A DNA stretch of 64,000 nucleotides, from assembly GCA_041648395.1 (NCBI GenBank), contig JBAZPC010000003.1, positions 12,801 to 76,800 on the forward strand. The letters run 5' to 3'. The notes beneath the pieces are model-generated. The model was not told where the DNA came from, did no database searches, and saw nothing but the letters and a program-made list of their open reading frames with translations. This document shows positions 1-9,150 of the stretch, piece after piece (the first letter of the stretch is position 1; each line of letters begins with the position of its first letter). The translations under genes were made by a program, and so were the position numbers. The stretch is from Minisyncoccota bacterium (lineage in GTDB: Bacteria; Patescibacteriota; Minisyncoccia; UBA9983).

Positions 1-2
1 TG

Positions 3-653
3 TTGAAAGAATTTGAGGAGGTTAGAAAAAGAGACGAATTTTTTGAGAAAGAGCTGGCTGACCTCAAGCAGGCCGTCGGCTCGCTTAAAAATCTTTTGCT
101 TGAACTTGAAGAAAAAATTGACCGGGATTTTAAAGTCGGCATAGAAAAAATAAACAAAGAATTCCAGAAATTTTTTGACGAGATGTTCGGCGGGGGAAAG
201 GCAGAATTGAGAAGAGTTGCGCCAGTAAAGAGGGTAAAAAAAGAAGACCCCGAAGACCCGACGTCCGACGTCGGGGAAGTTGAGAATGAGGAAAAAGAAG
301 AGGGCATAGAAGTTTATGTGAATCTGCCGAAAAAGAGAATTCATTCTTTGGATGCGCTTTCCGGCGGGGAGAGGGCGCTCACTTCCATCGCGTTGCTTTT
401 TGCCATGTCCCAGGTCAATCCGCCGCCGTTTTTGGTTTTAGACGAAACAGACGCGGCTCTTGACGAAGCGAATTCGCAGAAGTACGGCAAGATGCTGAAT
501 AATTTGAGCAAACAAACCCAGCTTATTGTCATCACTCACAATCGCGAAACAATGAAGCAGGCGGGGATTTTGTACGGTGTGACAATGGGCTCGGACAGCG
601 TTTCTAAAATCCTCTCCATAAAATTCACCGAAGCGGAAAAAATTGTAAACTAG
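3..653 (+). CDS. smc: chromosome segregation protein SMC, C-terminal fragment (5' end outside window)
   Basis: ABC signature LSGGERALTSIALLFA, Walker B LVLDETDAALD, D-loop/H-loop ITHNRETM. Ends with TAG stop. Confidence 0.8.
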   Translation: MKEFEEVRKRDEFFEKELADLKQAVGSLKNLLLELEEKIDRDFKVGIEKINKEFQKFFDEMFGGGKAELRRVAPVKRVKKEDPEDPTSDVGEVENEEKEEGIEVYVNLPKKRIHSLDALSGGERALTSIALLFAMSQVNPPPFLVLDETDAALDEANSQKYGKMLNNLSKQTQLIVITHNRETMKQAGILYGVTMGSDSVSKILSIKFTEAEKIVN

Positions 654-694
654 GGGTTGCTGATTATTATTTTTTAAGCTATATTTGTGTCTAT

Positions 695-985
695 ATGAAG
701 CAAGAGAAAATACGCGAACAAATTTATAAACAACTTCCTTTAATAAAGAGCAAATATAATGTAAAAAAGATTGGGGTTTTTGGCTCGTTTGTCCGAGGTG
801 AGCAAAAGAAAGGGAGCGATGTTGATATTTTGGTGGAATTTAAAAGTCCTATCGGATTTTTTGAATTTATTCGGTTGGAAAATTTCTTAAGCCACACCTT
901 ACACAAGAAAGTGGACTTGGTTTCTAAAAAATCTATCAAGCCGGCGGTTAAAAAAGAAATTATGAGAGAAGTGCAATATGTCTAA
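695..985 (+). CDS. nucleotidyltransferase-domain antitoxin (MNT of MNT/HepT pair)
   Basis: GVFGSFVRGE...GSDVDILVEF minimal nucleotidyltransferase motif. Overlaps the next ORF by 8 nt. Confidence 0.7.
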   Translation: MKQEKIREQIYKQLPLIKSKYNVKKIGVFGSFVRGEQKKGSDVDILVEFKSPIGFFEFIRLENFLSHTLHKKVDLVSKKSIKPAVKKEIMREVQYV

Positions 986-1322
986 AAGAGGAATTAAACT
1001 TTATCTCGGAGATATAAAAGATTCTATTAGAAAAATAGAAAAGTATACGCGCGGTGTTAATTTTGCTGATTTTTCAGGCGATGAAGAATTGATTGACGCG
1101 GTGGCTAGGAACATTTCTATAATAGGCGAAGCCGTCATAAATATACCCGGTGAAATAAAAACAAAAAATCCTGATGTGGCGTGGAAAGAAATAAAGGGCA
1201 TGAGGAACAAAGTCATTCATGAATATTTTGGTGTTGATGAGGAAATTTTGTGGAAAACTATTCAGGAAGATATCCCAGTGTTCAAAAAGCAAATCAACAA
1301 GCTTTTGAAGGGGATAAAATAA
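978..1322 (+). CDS. HepT-like (DUF86) RNase toxin
   Basis: Rx4HxY motif (RNKVIHEY), ~114 aa, translationally coupled to the MNT ORF. Confidence 0.7.
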   Translation: MSKRGIKLYLGDIKDSIRKIEKYTRGVNFADFSGDEELIDAVARNISIIGEAVINIPGEIKTKNPDVAWKEIKGMRNKVIHEYFGVDEEILWKTIQEDIPVFKKQINKLLKGIK

Positions 1323-1446
1323 TCATAAAATTCACCGAAGCGGGAAAGATTGTGAGTTAAGACGCTTTTGTTGATTAAAAATAAAATATAGGTTATCTTT
1401 AGATTAGAAGCTTTTAGAAACTTTTTTAAAAAAGGAGGGGATAAAA

Positions 1447-1632
1447 ATGGGTAAACAAAAAGAGATTATCGTAAAATTTGATAATCTTGTGCAGGATCAT
1501 CCTGTTATTACGGGCAAAAAAATTCCCGTATATGCTTCAGTACTTCCCAATCAGTTAGACTCGCTTAGGATGGCGGGGAAACGTGGCAGAGAAGCTGCCG
1601 GAATATTCAAAAAAAGGCTTAGTTCTTTTTAA
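1447..1632 (+). CDS. hypothetical small protein
   Basis: Strong RBS AAAGGAGGGG 7 nt upstream, followed by a terminator hairpin. Confidence 0.4.
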   Translation: MGKQKEIIVKFDNLVQDHPVITGKKIPVYASVLPNQLDSLRMAGKRGREAAGIFKKRLSSF

Positions 1633-1650
1633 AATTTAATAGGAGGTAAT

Positions 1651-1686
1651 AAAGAGGCGTAATAACCAAAAGCCTCTTTTTTATTT
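1651..1686 (+). terminator. rho-independent terminator
   Basis: AAGAGGC...GCCTCTT stem followed by a T-run. Confidence 0.5.
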
Positions 1687-1723
1687 GACTTAAAAATGCG
1701 GTTTTGCTAATATTGATTTTGTT

Positions 1724-2059
1724 ATGTTAATGATACGGCTACAGCGGACTGGAAAAAAGCATGACCCGAGTTTTCGGGTTGTTTTGATTGATTCAAGGCG
1801 CGCGGCGAGCAGCGGTTCGGTCTTGGAGATTTTGGGCGACTACAGCGCCACGAGAAAAAAATATAATCTTAACACGGAAAGAATAAAAAGTTTGATGTCC
1901 AAAGGCGCGAAAGTTTCCGACACGGTTCATAATTATTTAGTGAAAGAAAAAATAATAGGAGGCGAAAAACGCGACGTTCTTCATCACACGAAAATAAAAG
2001 CGAAGTTGGCAAAAAAAGCGCCGAAAGAAGCGGCGACACCAGCTCCAGCAACAGCTTGA
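1724..2059 (+). CDS. rpsP: 30S ribosomal protein S16
   Basis: MIRLQRTGKKHDPSFRVVLIDSR... S16 signature, with a Lys/Ala-rich C-terminal extension. Confidence 0.85.
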   Translation: MLMIRLQRTGKKHDPSFRVVLIDSRRAASSGSVLEILGDYSATRKKYNLNTERIKSLMSKGAKVSDTVHNYLVKEKIIGGEKRDVLHHTKIKAKLAKKAPKEAATPAPATA

Positions 2060-2181
2060 CAAACACATTTTTTCGTCTATAATGGAGATTAATAATTCCA
2101 GCAATTCAGGACGGTCGAACGTCCGCCCAAGGTGGACAAGCTGGAGAAGATTTATAAGATAAATTTACAGAGTTCAATACA

Positions 2182-2493
2182 ATGGCTGACATAGACAAGG
2201 ACTTTCTTGAGTTCGTCGTGAAGTCGCTCGTTGATACCCCTTCAGCAGTCAAAGTTGACCGAAAGGTTGACGAGATGGGAGTTCTCATGACTTTGAGAGT
2301 TGACCCAGCCGACATGGGCAAGATCATTGGACGCGACGGCAACACTGCCAAGGCGATCAGAACCCTTTTGAGGGTTGTGGGTCTTAAGAACAATGCCAGA
2401 GTCAATCTCAAGATTGAGGAGCCGGAAGGAAGCACGAGGCCTCCGAGGGCATCCAGGAGCGTTGACGAAGCGATAGAGGACCTAAAGATATAA
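2182..2493 (+). CDS. khpA: KH-domain RNA-binding protein (KhpA-like)
   Basis: KH motif IIGRDGNTAKAIRTLL, and the conserved rpsP-khpA-trmD neighbourhood. Confidence 0.7.
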   Translation: MADIDKDFLEFVVKSLVDTPSAVKVDRKVDEMGVLMTLRVDPADMGKIIGRDGNTAKAIRTLLRVVGLKNNARVNLKIEEPEGSTRPPRASRSVDEAIEDLKI

Positions 2494-2525
2494 TCAAAGA
2501 CGAAAAACCATGCTAATATACAAGC

Positions 2526-3194
2526 ATGGTTTTTCATTTGGTTACGATTTTTCCCGAGGCGATTAAGAGTTATTTTGACAGCTCTATTTTGAAGCGCGCG
2601 CAGGAAAAAAAAATGGTGAAAATAAAATTTTACAATCCGCGGGATTTCGCGAAAGATAAACATAAGCGGGTTGATGACAAGCCGTTTGGCGGAGGACCGG
2701 GGATGGTAATGAAGATTGAACCGCTTGTTAAAGTAATTCAATTTGTAATCTCAAAAATAAAACCTGCCCGACAGCAAGGCGGGTCTCAAAAATCAAAAAT
2801 TATTATTTTAGCGCCGACAGGAAAACAATTTACACAAAAAATGGCTCAAGATTTTGCCAAGAAATACAAAAATATTATTTTAATTTCTGGCCACTACGAA
2901 GGAATTGACGAACGAGTGGCGAAAATTTTCAAAGCGGAAAAAATTTCCGTCGGCCCATATGTTTTGACGGGCGGGGAATTGGCGGCGGGGGTTGTTATTG
3001 ACGCCGTCTCGCGCCACATCCCTGGCGTGCTCGGCAAAGCGGAATCGCTTGAAGAAAAAAGGGGAGCCCTCGGTTTACAGGTCTACACCCGGCCGGAAGT
3101 TTTCAAATGGCGCGGTAAAAAATACCGCGTGCCGAAGGTTTTATTGTCTGGCAATCACAAAAAAATAGAAGAATGGAAACGATTGACACATTAA
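2526..3194 (+). CDS. trmD: tRNA (guanine37-N1)-methyltransferase
   Basis: MVFHLVTIFPEAI..., GGGPGMVM, ISGHYEGIDERV. Confidence 0.85.
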   Translation: MVFHLVTIFPEAIKSYFDSSILKRAQEKKMVKIKFYNPRDFAKDKHKRVDDKPFGGGPGMVMKIEPLVKVIQFVISKIKPARQQGGSQKSKIIILAPTGKQFTQKMAQDFAKKYKNIILISGHYEGIDERVAKIFKAEKISVGPYVLTGGELAAGVVIDAVSRHIPGVLGKAESLEEKRGALGLQVYTRPEVFKWRGKKYRVPKVLLSGNHKKIEEWKRLTH

Positions 3195-3221
3195 TCAGTT
3201 ATAGTAAAATGGAGAAATAAT

Positions 3222-4373
3222 ATGGAAAATCTCACAAGAACACAAACTATATTCTTGGTTTTATTGGTCAGCTTCGTGGTTTCAGTTGCCACGGGTATTG
3301 TTACTGTCACCTTGGTAAATCAGGCGCCGCCGCCTCTGACCCAAAGCATCAGCAGAATAATTGAAAAAGTTATCCCGGGCGGGACACAGCAAGTACAGCA
3401 GATAATTTCCGACACGCGAGAAGAAATGATAACAAACGCCGTTAAGAATATTTCTCCCGCGGTGGTGAGCGTTATAGCCACTAAAGATGTCCCTGTTTTT
3501 GAAGAATATTATGTAAATCCTTTCGGCAACGACAGTTTTTTTAATTTTCAAATTCCTCAATATAGGCAGAAGGGAACGGAGAAGAAGCAGGTTTCCAGCG
3601 GTACGGGATTTTTCGTTTCGGCGGACGGATTTATTGTCACAAACAAACATGTGGTGCAGGACACAGAAGCGGAGTACACGGTTATCAAAAATGACGGTAA
3701 AAAAATTAATGCGAAAATTTTAGCGAGAGATTCTTTTCAAGACGTCGCTATTTTGAAAGTGGAAGGAAAAGATTTTAGTTTTATACCTTTGGGTGATTCC
3801 GGCAAAATAGAAATAGGCCAGACGGCAATTGCTATCGGCAATGCTTTGGGTGAATTTCAAAATACCGTTTCCGTCGGCATAGTGTCGGGGTTGAACAGAA
3901 ATATTGTTGCGAGCGGGGAGGACTTGCAGGGCTTGATTCAGACGGATGCCGCCATCAATGCCGGCAATTCTGGCGGGCCCCTCTTGAATTTGTCTGGTCA
4001 GGCGATCGGCATTAATACGGCCATGGCAAGCGGAGCGGAAAATATGGGTTTTGCCCTGCCGATAAATATTGCCAAAAAAGACATCCAGGACACAAAGGAC
4101 TTCGGCAAAATAAAATATCCATATCTGGGCGTAAGATATAAAATAACGGACCAAGGAGTTATTTTAACAAAAGGACAGAACGGCGAACCGGCTATTTATC
4201 CAAATAGTCCAGCGGCCAAAGCTGGCCTCAAAGAAGGAGATATTATTAAAAACGACTTATCGGCTCTTTTGAATCAGTATCGCGTGGGCGATAAAGTTGA
4301 TTTAAAAATTATTCGCGACGGGAAAGAAATAGCAATATTTATTACTCTCGAAGAGCGTCCAGAGAATCTTTAA
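3222..4373 (+). CDS. HtrA/DegP-family serine protease with PDZ domain
   Basis: N-terminal TM segment. Catalytic triad context HVV..., D..., GNSGGPLLN. C-terminal PDZ-like region. Confidence 0.8.
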   Translation: MENLTRTQTIFLVLLVSFVVSVATGIVTVTLVNQAPPPLTQSISRIIEKVIPGGTQQVQQIISDTREEMITNAVKNISPAVVSVIATKDVPVFEEYYVNPFGNDSFFNFQIPQYRQKGTEKKQVSSGTGFFVSADGFIVTNKHVVQDTEAEYTVIKNDGKKINAKILARDSFQDVAILKVEGKDFSFIPLGDSGKIEIGQTAIAIGNALGEFQNTVSVGIVSGLNRNIVASGEDLQGLIQTDAAINAGNSGGPLLNLSGQAIGINTAMASGAENMGFALPINIAKKDIQDTKDFGKIKYPYLGVRYKITDQGVILTKGQNGEPAIYPNSPAAKAGLKEGDIIKNDLSALLNQYRVGDKVDLKIIRDGKEIAIFITLEERPENL

Positions 4374-4382
4374 AAAAATAAA

Positions 4383-7109
4383 ATGCCTCCATTTGGAAAT
4401 TTTACAACTAAAGCGCAGGAAGCGGTGCGCAAAGCCCATGAAGTGGCGATTGAGCGCGGGCAGAATCATGTTGATGTGATTCATCTTTTGGCCGCTTTGA
4501 CCATGCAAGACGAAAGCATGGTTCTTTCCGTTTTGGACAAATTGCAGGTGGACGTCGTTTTTTTATCCGATTCTATTCTTGACCACATAAGCGAAACGGA
4601 AAAGTCGTCTCTACTTACGCCTTCTTACCAAATTTTTCTCACCACGGAATTGGCGAAAGTTCTTGAGGCCTCGCACAAAATAGCGAGATTCATGAAAGAC
4701 GATTACGTTTCCACCGAACACCTTTTTTTGGCCATTCTGGAAATTCCTTCAAGTGCCAGAGATATGCTCGCAAAATTCAGAATAACAAAAGAAAATACGA
4801 TGAGCGTTTTAAGCGAACTCCGCCAGGCGAATGTCACGGACGTTGATATGCCGAACAAGTCCAAAATTTTGGAAAAATATTCCAGAAATCTCACCAAGCT
4901 CGCGCGCGAAGACAAACTTGACCCGGTGATAGGAAGAGAGGGCGAAATAAAAAGAGTGATGCAAATTTTAAACAGAAGAACGAAAAATAATCCCATACTC
5001 ATCGGCGAAGCCGGAGTGGGGAAGACGGCCATTGTGGAGGGCTTGGCGCAAATGATAGCCAAGGCGGATGTGCCGGAATCGTTGCGCGACAAAGAACTTA
5101 TTTCTCTTGACCTGGGCGCTTTGGTTGCCGGAACGAAATACAGAGGAGAATTTGAAGAACGCTTAAAAACCGTGATGCGCGAGATAGAGCGCGCCAGCGG
5201 GAAAATTATTCTTTTTATAGACGAGATACACACCATTGTCGGCGCGGGCGCCGCGGAGGGAGCCATAGACGCTTCCAATATGCTGAAACCGGCGCTTTCC
5301 CGAGGGGAACTTCACGCCATCGGCGCCACCACCATAAAGGAATACCAAAAGCACATAGAAAAAGATATGGCCTTAACCAGAAGATTTCAACAGGTTTACG
5401 TTGAGGAGCCGTCGATTGATTCCGCCGTTTCAATTATGCGCGGGCTGAAGGAAAAATATGAGCTTCATCACGGCGTGAGAATTACGGATGACGCCATAAA
5501 ATCGGCCGTGAATTTTTCCAGCCGCTACATAACGGACAGATTTTTGCCGGACAAGGCCGTTGATCTCATTGACGAAGCGGCGAGCGCCATGCGCCTTGAG
5601 TTGGACAGCATGCCGGAGGAACTTGAAATAGCGCACAGGGAAATAATGAAATTGGAAATAGAAAAAGAGGCGCTAAAAAAAGAAGCGGAAGGAAAAGATG
5701 AAGCGGCGAACAAGGCGAAAAAAAGAATAAAGGAAATTGAGAAGAGTGTGAGCGATCTCAAGGAAAGAATTTTTTCGCTTGAATTAAAATGGAAAAACGA
5801 AAAGGAATCAATCGCGAACATCAGACAGCTGAAAAAAGATTTTGAAATATTTAAACTGGAAGCGGACACGGCCGAGAGAAAAGTTGATTTGGCTCGCGTG
5901 GCGGAGTTGCGCTACGGAACCTTGCCGTCTTTGGAGAAAAAAATAACGGAAGAGGAAAAGCGATTAAAAAAACTACAGATATCAAGACGCCTATTGAAAG
6001 AAGAGATAACGGAAGAAGATATCGCTGCCGTTGTTTCGCGCTGGACGGGCATTCCGGTTTCCAAAATGCTGGAGAGCGAGGCGGGCAAACTAATGAAACT
6101 TGAAGATGAATTGAGGAAAAGAGTGGTGGGTCAAGATGAAGCTATAATAAAAATCGCCAACGCCATCAGGCGTTCGCGGGCGGGAATTTCTTTTGAAGAC
6201 AGGCCAATCGGTTCGTTTATGTTTTTAGGTCCCACAGGAGTGGGGAAGACGGAGCTCGCCAAGGCCTTGGCGGAATTTATGTTTAACGACGAAAAAGCGC
6301 TCATCAGGGTTGATATGTCAGAATATATGGAACGGCACACCGTTTCCAAATTTATCGGTTCGCCGCCGGGATATGTGGGGCACGAAGAGGGAGGCCAACT
6401 CACGGAGCTTGTCCGCCATCGCCCCTACTCCATAGTTCTTTTTGACGAAATAGAAAAAGCGCATCCGGAGGTGTTCAACATCATGCTTCAAATTTTAGAC
6501 AACGGCCGGCTTACAGACGCCAAAGGCAGGCACGTTAATTTTAAAAATTCCGTTTTGATAATGACATCAAATATCGGCTCTGAATTCGTGCGCAAAATGG
6601 AAAATCTCGGTTTTGCTGTCGCTAAAAACGGCGAAGAAGAAACAGAAAAACAGCTGAAGGAAAAAATAACGCAGGCGCTTGAAGATAAGTTCAGGCCGGA
6701 GTTTTTAAACCGCTTGGACGAGATAATTATTTTCAACAGCCTCACCCACGAAAATCTCAAAAATATCGTAAAAATCCAAATCGGCATCGTTGTTAGCCAA
6801 TTGGCAAAAAAAGATATTGGTCTTGATATTTCCGACCAGGCCCTTTCTTTTTTGGTAAAAGAAGGTTATAATCCGCATTACGGCGCGCGCCCTTTAAAAC
6901 GCTTAATTCAGAATAAAATTTTGAACCAAGCGGCCAATCTCATCATTGCCGGCAAAGTTAGAGAAGGAGGAATTATTTCCGTTGATGTCAAAAACGGCGA
7001 CTTGGCGATAGAGGCCTGCCCGACGGCAAGGCGGGCGGCGGCAAAAGGCAGAGTTAGGGGTAGGTGGCGGAGTGGTCAATCGCACCAGACTGTAAATCTG
7101 GCGGCCTAA
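4383..7109 (+). CDS. clpB: ATP-dependent chaperone ClpB. The ORF reads ~50 nt into tRNA-Tyr.
   Basis: Two AAA+ modules (GEAGVGKT, GPTGVGKT), coiled-coil M domain, sensor-2 GARPLKR. Unusual GC-rich C-terminal tail. Confidence 0.85.
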   Translation: MPPFGNFTTKAQEAVRKAHEVAIERGQNHVDVIHLLAALTMQDESMVLSVLDKLQVDVVFLSDSILDHISETEKSSLLTPSYQIFLTTELAKVLEASHKIARFMKDDYVSTEHLFLAILEIPSSARDMLAKFRITKENTMSVLSELRQANVTDVDMPNKSKILEKYSRNLTKLAREDKLDPVIGREGEIKRVMQILNRRTKNNPILIGEAGVGKTAIVEGLAQMIAKADVPESLRDKELISLDLGALVAGTKYRGEFEERLKTVMREIERASGKIILFIDEIHTIVGAGAAEGAIDASNMLKPALSRGELHAIGATTIKEYQKHIEKDMALTRRFQQVYVEEPSIDSAVSIMRGLKEKYELHHGVRITDDAIKSAVNFSSRYITDRFLPDKAVDLIDEAASAMRLELDSMPEELEIAHREIMKLEIEKEALKKEAEGKDEAANKAKKRIKEIEKSVSDLKERIFSLELKWKNEKESIANIRQLKKDFEIFKLEADTAERKVDLARVAELRYGTLPSLEKKITEEEKRLKKLQISRRLLKEEITEEDIAAVVSRWTGIPVSKMLESEAGKLMKLEDELRKRVVGQDEAIIKIANAIRRSRAGISFEDRPIGSFMFLGPTGVGKTELAKALAEFMFNDEKALIRVDMSEYMERHTVSKFIGSPPGYVGHEEGGQLTELVRHRPYSIVLFDEIEKAHPEVFNIMLQILDNGRLTDAKGRHVNFKNSVLIMTSNIGSEFVRKMENLGFAVAKNGEEETEKQLKEKITQALEDKFRPEFLNRLDEIIIFNSLTHENLKNIVKIQIGIVVSQLAKKDIGLDISDQALSFLVKEGYNPHYGARPLKRLIQNKILNQAANLIIAGKVREGGIISVDVKNGDLAIEACPTARRAAAKGRVRGRWRSGQSHQTVNLAA

Positions 7110-7142
7110 CGGCCTTCGGGGGTTCAAATCCCTCCCTGCCCA
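7058..7142 (+). tRNA. tRNA-Tyr (anticodon GUA), class II long variable arm
   Basis: Acceptor GGGTAGG/CCTGCCC. Anticodon arm CCAGA-CTGTAAA-TCTGG. T arm GGGGG-TTCAAAT-CCCTC. Long variable arm. Confidence 0.8.
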
Positions 7143-7155
7143 CCCGCTTAAAAAT

Positions 7156-7329
7156 ATGAGTCAAGATAAATTAATAAAACTTCAATGCACAAAGTGCAAG
7201 CGCATCAATTACTGGTCGCGCAAAAACAAGAAAAAATCCGCCTCTGGCGGAGAGCCTCGCAAAATCGAGCTCAAGAAGTTTTGCAATTGGTGCAAAAAAC
7301 AAACACCGCACAAAGAGGCGAAGAAATAA
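7156..7329 (+). CDS. rpmG: 50S ribosomal protein L33 (zinc-ribbon type). 57 aa, absent from the ORF track because it is under 60 aa.
   Basis: MSQDKLIKLQCTKCKRINYWSRKNKK...KFCNWCKKQTPHKEAKK. Two CxxC pairs. Position after tRNA-Tyr and before tRNA-Trp. Confidence 0.65.
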   Translation: MSQDKLIKLQCTKCKRINYWSRKNKKKSASGGEPRKIELKKFCNWCKKQTPHKEAKK

Positions 7330-7341
7330 TTATTCTGAAAG

Positions 7342-8148
7342 ATGAAATTCGGTAGAAAATTTTTCGAGGAGCAAGGGCGCGAGATGGCCGATCCAGAATC
7401 TTCGGCCGAGAAGCTGTTACCTTTTCTCAAAAAAATCTCGGAAAACCTGAGAAACGAAGGAGTGCCGGTTGATGAAAATTGCAGGATTGAAATGCATGAT
7501 TTTTTCGATTTACACGGAAAAGAAACCATAGAAACTGACATTAAGAAAGTAAGGAACTTTGAAAAGAGCAAATATTCTAATATCCCAGAAAAAAGAATTG
7601 AAGAAGAAAAACAAAAAACAAACGGAGAAAAGCTAGAAATGCTAATAGTCGTTTTGTTTTCTAAATTTTTGAAGGATAAATTTATTGTGGCAAGATCTTC
7701 TCGTTATGACGATATTGAGAATGGAGTTGATACCATAATTTTAGAAAGAGAAACAGGGAAATTGGTTTGCGCTCTTGATGAGGTAGCAGACACAGAAGGT
7801 AAACAGTACCATGATAAAGTAGAAAAAATCACAAAGAAAAACAAAAAAGGAAGCAAATTGAAATATGGTTTAAAAATGGAAAACGGCAAACTGTCTAAAG
7901 GGGCAGTGGAAGGCGCGCCGATTTTCTACATAGCCCTATCGGAAAGACATCTTAATGAAGGTATAAAAAACCTATCTTTGTCATTGGAAGAAAAATCTGA
8001 TTATGAAAAAAATTTGTTCAGATATTTTACCAGTTCGCTTCAAAGCCAGTATGATTCTTTGGTTCTAGAAAAGCATGTGGACCAGTTAATAAAAAGCAGA
8101 GTGGAAACATTCAAAGAGGTTCTTGATAAATTCAAAGAAAGCAGATAA
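7342..8148 (+). CDS. hypothetical protein (268 aa)
   Basis: Intact ORF, charged and low-complexity, no motif recognised. Confidence 0.45.
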   Translation: MKFGRKFFEEQGREMADPESSAEKLLPFLKKISENLRNEGVPVDENCRIEMHDFFDLHGKETIETDIKKVRNFEKSKYSNIPEKRIEEEKQKTNGEKLEMLIVVLFSKFLKDKFIVARSSRYDDIENGVDTIILERETGKLVCALDEVADTEGKQYHDKVEKITKKNKKGSKLKYGLKMENGKLSKGAVEGAPIFYIALSERHLNEGIKNLSLSLEEKSDYEKNLFRYFTSSLQSQYDSLVLEKHVDQLIKSRVETFKEVLDKFKESR

Positions 8149-8172
8149 TCTTTATTGTATAGTGAAAATTAA

Positions 8173-8243
8173 GGGAGATTAGTTAAATGGTATAATGTTG
8201 GTCTCCAAAACCAACGTCAGGGGTTCGATTCCCTTATCTCCCG
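8173..8243 (+). tRNA. tRNA-Trp (anticodon CCA)
   Basis: Acceptor GGGAGAT/ATCTCCC. Anticodon arm TTGGT-CTCCAAA-ACCAA. T loop TTCGATT. Upstream TATAGT -10-like box. Confidence 0.8.
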
Positions 8244-9133
8244 CTAGTCCACTTTATATCTTTGTTTCTTTTAAACCAAGTCATTTGACGTTTGGCGTAT
8301 TGGCGGTTTTCTAAAATCATTTTTTCTAACATTTCTGTTTTATTAATCTTTCCTTGCAGAAACATTGCCGGATATTTGTATTCAAAACCGAGTTCATAAA
8401 GCCGTTTCCAACTTAATTTGGAGTCATGCAACCTTTTTGTTTCTTTAATTAAACCTTGCCGAAGCATTTTTTTAACCCGTTTTTCTATGCGTTTTTGCAA
8501 TTCTTTTTCCGGTAATTTAATGCCAATAAAAAGATACTGACTACTGACTACTGGATACTGACTACTAACTTTTGGCACCTTGCCAAGAGTTTTTGCTATC
8601 TCTATCGCCCTAATCAGCCGTCGCGGATTTTTTGCATCTATGTTTTTTGCCCTAATTGAATTTAACTTTTTCAGCATTTTGAATAATTTTTCCACAGGCA
8701 TTTTTTCCAGTTTCTTGCGCAATTTCCAATTTGGCGCCACTTCGGCGATTTGCATTCTACCCAGAAGAATATCAATGTAAAAACCAGTTCCGCCACAGAT
8801 GATCGGTGTTTTCCCGCGCGCTAAAATATCCGCAATCGCTTTCTCTCCACATCTTTTAAAGTCCAAGGCAGTAAAAATCTTTTTCGGCGAAGCAATATCA
8901 AGGCAATAATGTGACACGCCTTTCATTTCTTTTTTACTAATTTTCCCCGAGCCGATATTTAGCCCCTTATAAACCTGCCTAGAGTCAGCGGAAATAATTT
9001 CAGCTCGCCCTGACTTATCCCGAACATTGTTGAGGGAGCCGAGTCGAAGGGCAAACTTAACTGCCAGCTCGCTTTTACCAGAAGCAGTGGGTCCAATAAT
9101 GACGATAATTTTATCATTTGTCATTTTACGCAT
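8234..9133 (-). CDS. miaA: tRNA dimethylallyltransferase
   Basis: IIVIIGPTASGKSELAV P-loop, SADSRQVYKGLNIGSGKI. Contains an in-frame heptamer repeat tract. Confidence 0.85.
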   Translation of the reverse strand: MRKMTNDKIIVIIGPTASGKSELAVKFALRLGSLNNVRDKSGRAEIISADSRQVYKGLNIGSGKISKKEMKGVSHYCLDIASPKKIFTALDFKRCGEKAIADILARGKTPIICGGTGFYIDILLGRMQIAEVAPNWKLRKKLEKMPVEKLFKMLKKLNSIRAKNIDAKNPRRLIRAIEIAKTLGKVPKVSSQYPVVSSQYLFIGIKLPEKELQKRIEKRVKKMLRQGLIKETKRLHDSKLSWKRLYELGFEYKYPAMFLQGKINKTEMLEKMILENRQYAKRQMTWFKRNKDIKWTSGR

Positions 9134-9150
9134 ATGCTGAATTTGACTAA

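Noticed and set aside
2106-2741. 211-aa ORF on the minus strand overlapping khpA and trmD
   Set aside because: It is antisense to two well-supported conserved genes and has no RBS or motif, so it is a spurious frame.
4703-7127. Several 60-190-aa minus-strand ORFs inside clpB
   Set aside because: They are antisense shadows of a highly conserved gene.
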